Of a stretch of 64,000 nucleotides of DNA, positions 25,101 to 36,659 are shown piece after piece. Both the position numbers and the translations under genes were made by a program. Location of the stretch: assembly GCA_965649765.1 (NCBI GenBank), contig OZ287757.1, positions 49,662,001 through 49,726,000 of the forward strand, given 5' to 3'. Source of the DNA: Bispira polyomma (Eukaryota). The notes beneath the pieces were generated by a model that searched no databases, was not told the DNA's origin, and saw only the letters and a program-made list of their open reading frames with translations. How positions within the stretch are numbered: the stretch's first letter is position 1; the number at the start of each line of letters is the position of its first letter.

Positions 25101-25749
25101 CGTGTGTGTGTGTCAAATTAAAAAACAAAGCAAAACAACAACTGACCTCCTAAAAGTTATATACACATTGCACTTCCTTCCCCAATTTCGCAAAGATTGG
25201 TTGGCAAGGTTGTGCTTTGCTGAAAGAATCAATATTATATGTGTGTGGCATGTTATGGATTCAATAAGTTAGGCGAGGCAAATCAAACATTATAGGATTT
25301 CAATTGTTTTACTGATAATAGAGCAGTGTGGAAAGTAGTTAACACTGTACTATCATGGCGTGTTTTTCTTATGATATCATGTTTGTTTCAAAGTTAAGTA
25401 AATGATTTTCTTTCAGGGCATGGTCACACATTCATTGGTGGTTATTTTACAAAGTATATGTCAAAACATTCTTGCTTGGAAAAAAGTTCTTTGTAGATTA
25501 TAAATCAATCCTGGCTGATATTGGAAAACGATAGTGGCTAGATTTGTGTGCCACCCATATATAACTTAAGAAATTGTATTTTACATTTTTAGCATATCTG
25601 TTTAAGGCGATTCATCTTCTAAGACACATCAACAGAATCAATTAACCAATCTAGAAGTCCAAAAACATATCCAGGTCATTATGAAGTATGTGGGCGTGTA
25701 CAAAGAGGAAATTACATGGGTAAACTAGTCTAAAGTGAAATTGTTTCTA

Positions 25750-28700
25750 GTGATCAACGGTCAAATATTCCATAACATTGGGGCAATAATTGTGAAAGCT
25801 CTAGATACAGTCCTATTGGTGGGTCCAACACAGGAAACAGGTGGTCTTTGTCCTCTCTTGGGGTTACTAAACCAAAGATAAGTAGCCAGGTAGCAGGGCT
25901 GATTAGAGACAGCAGCTTTGATAGAAGTGACATGGATTGTAAAAAAACTTTCGATGATGAATAGTAAGCCAATGTACTTTTTGGAGTTTATAGGAAGATA
26001 TCAATGCAGATACCCAGTAATTATGTCCAAACCACTGTTTAAGGTTTCTAAATAGTAAACTAAGGTCAATTGTATTGAAAGCTGCTGATGGATCTAGAAA
26101 GGTAATATAGTTTCAACACAATCAAAGGCAATGTTTATGTCATTATTGATGGAAAGGAGGGAACTTTTCTGTAGAGTAGAACTTTCTGTAAGCAGATTGG
26201 TGTGAATTTGCAATATTCTTAGATGATCTGAGATTTGTTATGCGACAATTTACTCAAAGAGTTAAGAGACAAAGCTGAGATTGGAGACTGGTCTATAATT
26301 ATTCAGCTAATACTATTGGTAATAGGTGTAATAAGAACTGTCCAGGCAGTCAGTTAGGATAATTGCAGGAATATGATCTAGTTGGCAGGATTTGATAGAG
26401 GAGGATTTTATGAGCTTGAGAACATTATTCTCAGAAAATGTGTGGAACTGGAGCAGATTAGAAACTCTGTAATGCAGGGATGTTGATCAGAAATGAGACA
26501 TTGTTGAAAAGCTATCCCGTATTTTTTTAAATTGATCTGCTAAAATGTGAGGCAGTGATTATTAGGCGAAGCTTGGTCAGATGTACGGTGGAGTAGCATA
26601 ACATTTAGAGCTCTGTGAACATTTTTTAAAAAAGTTGAAATGCCCTCCTTTGGCCTTAGCCATTAACATATTACAATGGTGTGTGGCTATTCTATAGCAC
26701 TTTCTGTTAAATAGTGTTTTGGTGCAACACCACTAACATTCAAGCTGACGTTTATGCATTTCTTTGCTTATCTTAGCAATGGAGGATTTTCCTAGTTTAT
26801 CTGTTAAAAATGAGGTATTGTTTATGACCTTCCTTGATGACAGGGTAAGTTCATTCATGAGTGTTGGAGAATGGAAGGGTTTTGGAAACCCATGGAGCAG
26901 GACTGTCAAGGACGGAGGATAGAGTTTATATATATTGCACACTGAGGCAGTATGCATTCTTGAACGGATGTTTCGGATGTTTATGGAAGGAGATGCAAGA
27001 AAGTCATCACAAAATTTGTTAGTGTTGATGTTTCCAATATTATGGTATTTGATTACATATATTTCTTGTGACACAGGCTTTGGAAAAGTAATATGGGCAA
27101 AAAGTGGATGGATGGCAAGATCGAAAATGTGATTGTAAAAGTGTCTGATCATTTAAACACCAAGAGAACAATTTTGTATTGAATCCGGTATTTGGCAGGT
27201 AACCAAAGCAGTGTTTTCAAGCATTCAAGTGAAATTCTGTGGTCCATATTTAAATCTAACATGATTCTAGCTGCACAATTTCAAACACTTTGTAGTTTAT
27301 CTAATAGTTTTTTGATATACCAAAAGAATACTATTACAATAGTCTAATTTTGACATGACTTAAACCATTGTTTTTGCTACATTAATTGAGATATATGATC
27401 TAATGTATCAGATGTTGTTTAGCTGAAAGTAACAGGATCTGCAAAGTTTACTGACATGCTTTTTCTTATTGAGGTCTTGGTCAATAAACACTTAACCTAC
27501 GCTTTGAGAGAAAAGGTAGGTTTAAAATTGTGCAAAAGTTCTTGAACACAGGATAAGTCGCTTCTTTCTTGAGAATTGGTGTGACAACAGCTTGTTTTAA
27601 AAGCTCAGGCATTTCTCTAGTATGCAGAGACATATTTATTATGTTAGTTATACAGTTTATAAGGTTAGACAAGCAATTCTTTAAGTAGGAATATAATCCA
27701 AAGAGCAGGATTTCGATGGAGTAATGAGTTCAGCTACCTCATTGTGAGACAATGTCCGGAACTGTGTAAACTGAGCTGCAGATGCTCCCATAAAGACCCC
27801 TACTTTTGTTTGACTACAGTCCAAAAACATCTTCCTAATATTATCAATCTTTTCAACAGAGAAACTACTGAAGCTATTCACCAGATCCTGGTTGTTACTG
27901 TGCGGTGGCAAGAGTTGAGGAGTGGGCAATTGTCATGAAAAGGGCTGATGGTTGCCTTTTTGAGAGTCTATGTAGGTGCTGAAATACTCTGATTTGGCAA
28001 ATCTTATAGGGCGCATTAACCCTGTTTCGATGAGTCTTGAATGAATCTCTCTTTTATTTTGAGACTTCATCCATACCATGCCCTTTGAAGTTTTTTTGAG
28101 ATCTGCTTTTCAATCTTGATTTGGTCACAGTTCAATAAGTAAATGCTTGTCCAAAATGTTAAATAAATACTGATTGTATTGATTACCAAGTAGATCCACA
28201 TCTTTGGTAGGTTTAGTAATAAGTTCAGATGCCTGTATGTCCTGCCTAAAAAGGTCAATGCTGTTAATTGTTCTATAAGATACTCTTTTCTTTTTAGGGA
28301 GAGGTTTATAGAGCTGAATATCAAAGATGAGTAACACATGGTCCGAAATGTAGAGATCATCTACAGGAGTGGATAAAATTAGTCCATCATTATTCCTTGT
28401 AATAATCCGATCCAAAGTATTACTAGATTGGTGAGTCGGACCTTGTACATCTTGAACTAGGTCATATGTGTCTAATATCTCATCAAGATGTCAGTAGTTG
28501 TCATCATTGATTTTTTTCATAGTGAAAGTTAAAGTCACCTAGTACAAGCAACTGCTCATTCCCTCCACAGATGATGTATAGTACTTCACAGATGTCGTGA
28601 AAGAATACTCCTATGGGATAACAGTTTGACACACATGTGTAAGAGGGGGGACTGGTTAAAATTTAATGTATTTCAAATTGATTTGATTAACTCCAGGTCT

Positions 28701-28870
28701 TTTCAGTAGCTAAGTCTTTACTCCTCCTCTTTTGCCACTTCTTGTTGATTTAGCATTTAACCCCAGGCTTTTTATAGTTCTAGTTATATCCTGATGTATT
28801 CTAGTTTCTGAGCCAATACCTCTTATTGTTAAGATGCCATTTCTTGTGTATTGAAACATTGGTGAGTAGT
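25750..28870 (-). mobile_element. Mirror copies of the two L2/CR1 LINE fragments
   Basis: Reverse complement of 7750-11420 with different internal deletions; ORFs 27481-27672, 27681-27929 and 28125-28415 are ORF2 pieces. Confidence 0.88.
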
Positions 28871-29599
28871 CTTAAGTACCACTTAACACACACATTTTTA
28901 CACGACAACTGTAATGACAGTCACTACTAATCACAATTTCACAGTAAATTTTCTTTTAATGACCATCTATGCTACTACTAGCACTACATATGTAATTTTT
29001 ACACTAAAAACGTTGTTTGTATATTTTTAAATGACTGGTGCTTTTAGTTCCTACAATTTAAATACTATGCGGGGTAGCGCCGTAGGGGATAGCAAGTTCA
29101 GTGCTACTAGTATTTTCTACCCTGGGTGCATGCCCTATGAACCCCTTCCTAATTGGTCACTTGTGTACTAATTAACCTCTGTTTTCCCGCTTTTTAGCTA
29201 GAATCCTCACTTATACTATTGAAGTCATTTAGGCAACAATGCCATCTTTAATATTTTACATTATTACTTTTATGTGTTTTTATTTTTACTTCACTGATTT
29301 TACTATTTGTGTTATGGAAACAAGAAATGCAACAAATGATTCACTAAGTTGTGCTACACACTAAGGAGGAACTGATCTGCAGTGTTTTTGCTGGATTCCT
29401 GTGTTCTACTCTACTTTGAGTCTTGCGATTATATGCTCGTTTGAGCGGTGGTAAAGGAACGTGGTCAAATCAATTATATTGCATCAAATTCACGGCTATT
29501 TGCCTGATTACATATAATTTAATTCAGATTATCGCGTTACAGTTCCTTTAGTATAGTTGCAGGTATCAAAGATACGAGTTCTTATATTATTCAGAGGCT

Positions 29600-30526
29600 A
29601 TGGCCCCCAGGAAACAATACTACTGTCACAAGTGTGAAACTAGTCATATTAAACCCATTGATGAAAACTGTAAATTATGTACCAGTGTGGGAACTTCCAA
29701 GCAGAACTCTGTGGCTAGCGATGGTGTAACTGCTGCCGACGTTAACCTACAAATTTTGACTGAACTCAAAGCATTAAGTGGGCGTATGACCCAAGTTGAG
29801 CAGCAAGTTTATCGCAGTTCACATGGAACCCAGGAGCAAACCACTTCTGAGCTACTGGTCCCGACGCTACAGACACTACGTTCATCCGACTCCCTACAGA
29901 CTGCAGTGGATTCACGTCTTAAGGAATTGGTGGCCATCAATGAATCAGGTACGTCAAAATCTCAAAGAGGGGGTCCCGACACTCTGTGGGTGAAGAATAA
30001 GGTGGCTTGGCCTCAGAACGTTATACTAGGGGGACAAAACAAAACACGAGTTACTTATGACCCGTTGTCAATGGCCCAGTGGGTCTCTGGTTTTGCCAGT
30101 ATAGCTAGAGATGAAAGTAGTTTAGACATTAAGAATCAAATGTTGGAGTATCTCACTGACCTCATGGAGGACGCTCATGACTTTTCCTGGACCTCGGCTA
30201 AGGCTAGCCATGCCGTTGTACTGTGTAAAATGGAAGAGGGTAAGGTAACCTGGGGAGATGCCCACAAGTTGGACAGGATTAGACGGGCTCATGCCCAAAG
30301 GGTTGTCATCCAGACTGCAAATAGTAATCATCAAACCAACACCAGGAAAAGTCATGAGAAGTCCATCCCATGTAGATACTTCCAGAAGGGTACTTGCCCC
30401 CAAAAAGGGGATCACGAATTCAAAGGTGTGTCATATAGTCATGTGTGTAACCAATGCTTTCAAAATGGGAGGTCTTACCCCCACCCTGCAAAAGACTGTA
30501 AAAAATATCCGTTAAAAAACGAGTAA
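29600..30526 (+). CDS. Gag-like protein of YR element 1 (308 aa)
   Basis: N-terminal CHKC...H...C knuckle, coiled-coil-like segment, WPQ..TYDPLSMAQWVSGF..W..AKASHAVVL..ME core, C-terminal CRYFQKGTC..H..HVCNQC..HP..C zinc fingers. Confidence 0.88.
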   Translation: MAPRKQYYCHKCETSHIKPIDENCKLCTSVGTSKQNSVASDGVTAADVNLQILTELKALSGRMTQVEQQVYRSSHGTQEQTTSELLVPTLQTLRSSDSLQTAVDSRLKELVAINESGTSKSQRGGPDTLWVKNKVAWPQNVILGGQNKTRVTYDPLSMAQWVSGFASIARDESSLDIKNQMLEYLTDLMEDAHDFSWTSAKASHAVVLCKMEEGKVTWGDAHKLDRIRRAHAQRVVIQTANSNHQTNTRKSHEKSIPCRYFQKGTCPQKGDHEFKGVSYSHVCNQCFQNGRSYPHPAKDCKKYPLKNE

Positions 30527-30548
30527 GGCACTGCAGTAATGCAGTGCC
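30514..30548 (+). promoter_or_regulatory. -1 programmed ribosomal frameshift signal (gag to pol)
   Basis: In-phase A AAA AAC (30514-30520), 6-nt spacer, perfect hairpin GGCACTGCA-GTAA-TGCAGTGCC; the -1 frame is ORF 30544-31164. Confidence 0.85.
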
Positions 30549-32993
30549 AGCCTATGTTTCTTCCACACTAGAGGTGGTCAGAAAAAAACTTGCACAAAAA
30601 GTTGTAAATAATTCTAAAGGTTTTTCCACTAGAACTGTGTATAATAGTCTTAAATGTAATACTGGCAGTACACATTGGAGGGCAGATTGGGCCAAATTTG
30701 TAAATAGATCTTATGCTGAGGTGGTTAAAAGAAAGGCTCCCTCCAGGTCTGCTGCCAAAAAGGTTTCTGTACAAAGTGCAAATGTGAATCAGAGGTGTCA
30801 AAGTCACCATGTTAAATGTTCACCATGTTTAAATAACAACAAAATTTCAGAAGTGTCCACAAAACATGAACTGGGGCACAGAGTGAGGGTTAAAACTTTC
30901 ACAAAAGGTGCTTCCCCTTTTACAAGTGCACAGAGGAATAATGTAATGTCAAAAATGGGTAAACCCCCTCCAACAAAAGGTGGTCAATTTGGCCAAAAGC
31001 TGGAAATCGCAAAATTAGACATTCAGGGCAAATGGCCCATTTCCACTCACAATAGGTTTTCCCCTTTGAGTGACAATGACCATTATATGGACACTAGTGA
31101 CAACTCTTTCACACATTTAGCAGATACTTGTAACCAAGGTCAAGGTCTTAAAACACTCTCTTGAGGTACTGGGGGAATAAAATCAGACAAATATGACCTA
31201 GAACTACAAACTAAATCGAAAAACAGGGAACTTATAAAACGTGCTTGCAACCAGCCTCAGTTCCAGCAATGGGATACTCAAACTACAGATAAGTATGGGT
31301 TTATTCCGCTAAATGACCTCCGAGTTCCCCAAACGGATAAACGAGTAAAGTCGGATAAGTCTCTGTTAGAGTTACACACTCAGATTAAGCAGGACAACTA
31401 CCCAAATTATATGGGGGCACAAGTTCAATTGAAATCTGAGTTGAACCCAGATGTATGGGAAAAATACTTGACTGACTACTGGGATAAACAACTCCCCTTT
31501 TTGATAAGATATGGGTTTCCCCTCGATTTTAATCCTGACAGCAAGTTATCTCATACAGAACAGAATCATTCATCTGCAACACAATTTCCAGATGATGTGC
31601 ATGCTTATTTAAAAGAAGAGACTGAGTTAGGTGCCATGTTGGGCCCTTTCCATAAGGCCCCATACAAAACCTCCATATTTCTCCCTTTATGACTAGGGAA
31701 AAGCCAGGTGCCGCACACAGGCGCGTTATCATAGATTTAAGCTTTCCTCATGGCAACTCTGTGAATTCGGCTGTAGTCAAGGATAAGTATCTCGGTACTG
31801 CATTTGCATTAACCCTTCCCACAATTGACACAATCACAAACAAAATATGTCGTATGGGACGTGGAACGCTCTTATATAAAATTGACGTAAGTCGGGCATT
31901 TCGTCACGTAAAAATGGATCCAGCTGATTACAATCTATTAGGCTTAAAATTAGACAAATACTACGTCGACTCCTGCCTCCCCTTTGGTTTTCGGCACGGG
32001 AGCGCAATTTTTCAGCGATTAAGTGACGCCGTCAGGTACATTATGAAACGTCACGGACATGACGTCACCAACTATATCGACGACGTAATCGGCTATGGTG
32101 ACGTCATAGAAAGTAAACATTCATTTGATATATTGCTCAACTTACTCCAGGAACTAGGCTTTGCGATTAGTCACAAAAAACTTGTTCACCCCAGCACATC
32201 AGTAACGTGTCTGGGGGTGTTAGTTAATACAAATGACTTGACAATCTCATTGCCAGATGAAAAGCTACTAGAAATAAACACACTTGTGCAAGACTGGCAA
32301 TTAAGAAACTGCTGCAGTAAGAGGGAGTTGCAGTCACTGCTAGGTAAATTGTTATATGTATCCAAGTGTGTTCGAGTTTCACATGCTTTCTTAAACCGAA
32401 TGCTTGACGTCCTAAGATCTGTAGGCCCGGATCAAAAAGTAAAACTTACACCTGAGTTTCATCAGGATGTAAATTGCTTTAAAAAATTTTTACCAACATT
32501 TAATGGAAAAGCCTTCTTTGAACACAAACCCACTACCGATTGTATTCAGTTGGATGTGTGCCTCCAAGGTCTGGGAGGCCGTTGTAATGATGAAGTATAC
32601 CAATTCCAAATTCCTCTAGGTTATCTAGATTTCACGATAGTTCATCTGGAGATGTTAAACATCTTAGTTGCCATTAGGCTATGGAAGTCAGCGTGGGCAG
32701 GTAAGAGGCTAATATTGCAATGCGACAATGCTGCCGTGGTCACTATCCTCAATTCAGGCAAAACTAAAGACCTCACTTTGGCAGCTATTGCCAGAAACAT
32801 CTTCATGGCCGTAGCCTCCCATGATATCAGTCTCAAAACCATTCACATTTTAGGTAGACTTAATACAGTGGCTGATCTCCTCTCTAGGTGGCAGATCACG
32901 GCCAGCAATAATGACAAGTTACTAGAACTGGTATCGAATCCCAAATGGGTAAAAGTAAAAGACACAATGTTAGAAATAGATTGGTCTATCTAA
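30520..32993 (+). pseudogene. pol (long spacer + RT + RNase H) of YR element 1, with one nonsense codon (31162-31164) and one frameshift (~31660)
   Basis: YGFPL, RRVIIDLS, KIDVSRAFR, LPFGFRHGSAIFQ, NYIDD, LQSLLGKL, HLEMLNI, QCDNAAV, NTVADLLSR; ORFs 30544 and 31411 are in the same frame across a single TGA. Confidence 0.9.
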
Positions 32994-33991
32994 TTGCAGA
33001 TGTACCTTCCAAGCTAAGAAAGATTGCTACACAAGCCTCATACAGAGCCCATCAGGCCTTTAGACCAGCCACTGAAAGGGCCTATACAAATATGTTTAGG
33101 ATATTCTTGGCCTATTGTAGTTTTGCTCAGGTCAGGCCTCAAAATATCTCCCCCCTCATTATATTGGCTTTCTTAGAAGTATTAGTGGTTAATCATGTCT
33201 CTTCCTCCTCCATTGCAAACTACCTCTCGGCGGTTAAAGCTAAATTGGCCCTCTATGGCCTTGACGTCTCTGCATTTGCAGATCCTAGAATTAAGTATTA
33301 CCAAAAAGCCCTTACACTCAATAGCCCCTTCAGGGCTAAAATTAAAGCTATTATTGACATTCCCCTGTTACTCCAAATTACTCAAATTTGTGACAGCATG
33401 TACATGGGGCAGGTCTTCAAGGCTCTGTACCTCATTGCTTTCTTTTCTTTTCTTAGAATATCGAACTTACTTCCACATGCTGTCTCTCAATTCTCTCCAC
33501 TAGTCCAACTGGCCTGGGGGGACGTACTTTTTGCCTCCCCTGGCCTCCACCTCATAATAAAGTGGTCTAAAACAATGCAGTCAAATAATGTAGCAAAAGT
33601 TATTAAAATACCGAGCCTAAGTGGCTCTAGTCTCTGTCCGGTGGCTGCCACAAGGGCCTTGCTAGCTATTACTCCTGGACACAAAAATTCTCCTCTCTTT
33701 CAGTTTAAAAAATACCATAAATGGTCCCCAATGATTGACACCCAAGCTAGACAAAATCTCACTCAAATTTTAAGGCGTCTTGGCCTTCAGCAATCAAACA
33801 TTTCTTTCCACACCTTCAGGCGTTCAGGTGCCACCTTGGCCTTCAACAATAATGTCCCAATTCAAGATATCCAGAGCCATGGCACTTGGACGTCTGATTG
33901 TGTGTGGAAATATATTGTACAGGATCACAATGCATCTGACCAAGTCGCCCTCACCTTCAAGGCCCTCCTTTCCCCTTCTACTACTTCCTAG
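32945..33991 (+). CDS. Tyrosine recombinase of YR element 1 (probably expressed from a splice acceptor at 32999/33000)
   Basis: FFSFLRISNL (R), KWSKT (K), LCPV, HTFRRSGAT (HxxR), HGTWTSDCVWKYI (H/W..Y); all catalytic residues present. Confidence 0.9.
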   Translation: MGKSKRHNVRNRLVYLIADVPSKLRKIATQASYRAHQAFRPATERAYTNMFRIFLAYCSFAQVRPQNISPLIILAFLEVLVVNHVSSSSIANYLSAVKAKLALYGLDVSAFADPRIKYYQKALTLNSPFRAKIKAIIDIPLLLQITQICDSMYMGQVFKALYLIAFFSFLRISNLLPHAVSQFSPLVQLAWGDVLFASPGLHLIIKWSKTMQSNNVAKVIKIPSLSGSSLCPVAATRALLAITPGHKNSPLFQFKKYHKWSPMIDTQARQNLTQILRRLGLQQSNISFHTFRRSGATLAFNNNVPIQDIQSHGTWTSDCVWKYIVQDHNASDQVALTFKALLSPSTTS

Positions 33992-35719
33992 TTGGGCTTT
34001 GGTGCTTTATTTACATACATTATATACAAATAAAATATAATAATGCTTAAATATAAATATTTTGGGGCCACCTTACCTTATACTAATTTAATCATTTTAC
34101 ATCTTTACTAAATCTCTTTTGGCAACCTCAAATAAAATCTAAGGTTACCATTTTTCTTAAACTTAAACTCATTCTAAGGTTACCCTAACTTCAAGTTAGG
34201 GTTACCCCTAAATTCAACCTTAAAATTTCAATCTTTGGTAACCCTAACTTTCAAGCTAGGGCTACCCCTTAAATTTTAAAATTCCCTTTGGTCACTTTGG
34301 CCTGTTGTCCTCAGGTTAAGATCACCTTAAACTCTTAACTTCTCCTAAACTCTTGGGGCTAAGGTGGCCCCTTACTACACAGTATGTAAATAATTATTAG
34401 TGATAACATAGTAAAATTTAAGCTAATATCCCCAAAGCCTACCTTTCTTGTTATTTTCCTTTGTTACACCACATCTACAAGTTTACTAGGGTAGGGCACT
34501 GTTGTGTATACACTACAGAATAACTACTAATGATTACTCTTTGTCAAAAGGGCCACTTTAACTATACTTAAATGTATCAGGTTATCTTCAAACAATGAAT
34601 CAGTAACCTGATCTTAAAGTGAAAGGCATGAACTTAAACACATGCTAAAACGCTAAACCAATAATTTAAGGGGGCCTTAATCTTTTAGTTTGACATATTT
34701 AAAGTTTTTCATATAGTGACTGGATCTAACATAGTTGAATAAACTAATATGCATAATGACTGCGCATGTTGACTTAAAACACTAGGTGAGGCACTAATGA
34801 GAAATCTGGAAAAAGAATCCTTGTGATCTAAGCCACCCATTGATTACCCCAACTAAACTGGGCCAATGTCAAATTTGACTAAACTAACATTTTTGGTATT
34901 AGATGTCTAGTTAATAGAATAGCAAATGTAAAACTCACCAAAGTATGTCAAATTCGATACTGAGAAAATTTTGCTTCTTGGTGCTTAATTTTAAGGGGTG
35001 ACCCCAGTAGTAAATTCTTTTTGTTGTGGTAAATTTCATATTGTTGATATTATTTGTATTTGTGCGAAAACATTCCTTGAATACTTGGTCATGTTGTTTC
35101 GCTCGTTTGCATATTTCCCATCAACTTTTACTTAATTCTTAATTTTGTTAACAAAATATTTATATTAAAAATTGGCAGCATTGACAAATCTATTAATTTC
35201 AGTTTATGTATGTCAAGGGAAACACTAAAATCCACACAGATGTTTTTTGTTAATATTGTAGCTCTTACAGATGAATCGTTGTAAATGTCCATTTAAAATT
35301 TGAAACTGCATCAAATAAACTCTGAAAAATCAATAAACATTTGAATGCTAAGGAAATGTGTTTGAGATAAGTTGTTAATATCATGGGCATAACGTCAATA
35401 GTTGGAGCTGAACTGAAAATACACATTTGTTATGTTGTATAATGGTGCAAAGAGTTTAAATAACCCCTATGTTTAAATTACACCCCTGACCTAGTACCTT
35501 AATATGGATTCTGTTGTACCCCCTTATGTTTATGGTACCCCTCTATTTTACTGTTAGTATGAGAGGGGGTAGCTTCAAATTAATTCTTAAGTTACCCTCC
35601 ACCTTAAGAGCTACCTTCCATTCATTTTGAATTTAAACATAAATCAGCCAACATCTGATAAAAAAATACTGATCAGTCCGTCCGAAGTTGGGATTAGTGA
35701 CATTGAAGCATAGGTAGGC

Positions 35720-36140
35720 TAAGTGATACAGTGATTTTTAAATTGGACAGTCACTATATACCTCCAAAACCTTCCATTCACTGTGAAATTTTGTTTAAAA
35801 TTCATGTTACAAAATTCACTCAACAGCCCGTCTAACTCGCCTCGCTTCTGCTCCAGTAAGCATAATAGAGTCAATAAACTATCTGTGTCTTCTGTTAGAC
35901 CCACTAGGAAGGTGGGATCCAGAGCTTTCTCCACTGCAGCTCCCTTGTTATAGAACAGTCTCCCAGACAACCTCAGATCAGTAGATACACTTATCGGATT
36001 TAGAAAAAAGCTCATAACCTATCTTTTAACCTTGTCTATTCACCCCAGTTCGCTCCTATATGCCCCACATCTTTCCTCAGGACCTTGCTATGCCCATTGA
36101 CTACACGATTGGATTAAAATATGCCTACCATCAATAAAGA
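35720..36140 (+). mobile_element. L2/CR1 LINE 3'-end fragment
   Basis: VGSRAFSTAAPLL*NSLPDNLRSVDTLIGFRKKLITYL, followed by a short UTR with AATAAA. Confidence 0.7.
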
Positions 36141-36659
36141 ACATTATAAATATATGTTGGTAATAGGCTTATACATTAGTTGTGGTGTAGTGGCAAAAAT
36201 AATTGTCTTTTATGTTATGAGTATGAATCACAGTCCTAGCATAATGGACAGTAGATTTGACAAAGGCCACTAGGTTCCAGAAGAGAAAACATTGACTACT
36301 CTATCGTAATTGCCTCCTCCAGTTTCCTTTACTTTCCATGTAATATTCAACAATCATGTTAAAAGTAATGTTAAACCACAACTAATCTATCAGTATTACA
36401 AGACTTTTACCGAAGGGTTAACGCTTTCTGACCGTCAATTTGCTATTATTACCTTTTTTAATTAAGCACAAGTACATACCATTTGTGTACTTGTGAATAA
36501 GTATTTACATTATGTTTAATATAATATTAATAATTAAAACATTTATAAAGTGCCAAATTGATTAGAACATCGTTTAAGATGCTGATATCCCAAAAGGGAA
36601 AGTCTAGGGGCAAACAAAAGAGCGTCCACTAAGGGAAAGGGGGATAAAGAAGGAGGGTA

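Larger units (their letters stand above)
29069..34505 (+). mobile_element. YR (DIRS-order, Ngaro-like coding) retrotransposon 1, near full length: gag, RT/RNaseH, tyrosine recombinase
   Basis: Three ORF blocks; boundaries set by the empty site in the left arm (~7372-7390, reverse complement aaatactat|tttgtatacac); no clear TSD. Confidence 0.92.

Noticed and set aside
31162-31164. Programmed TGA readthrough or selenocysteine in pol
   Set aside because: No supporting context seen; the copy also has a frameshift near 31660, so a point mutation (possibly CGA to TGA) is simpler.
32990-32994. CTAAT as branch point for the YR acceptor
   Set aside because: Too close to the AG (about 5 nt) for a canonical branch point.
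32945-33991. Phage or bacterial integrase / horizontal transfer
   Set aside because: It is linked to gag and RT/RNase H in the DIRS-order arrangement.
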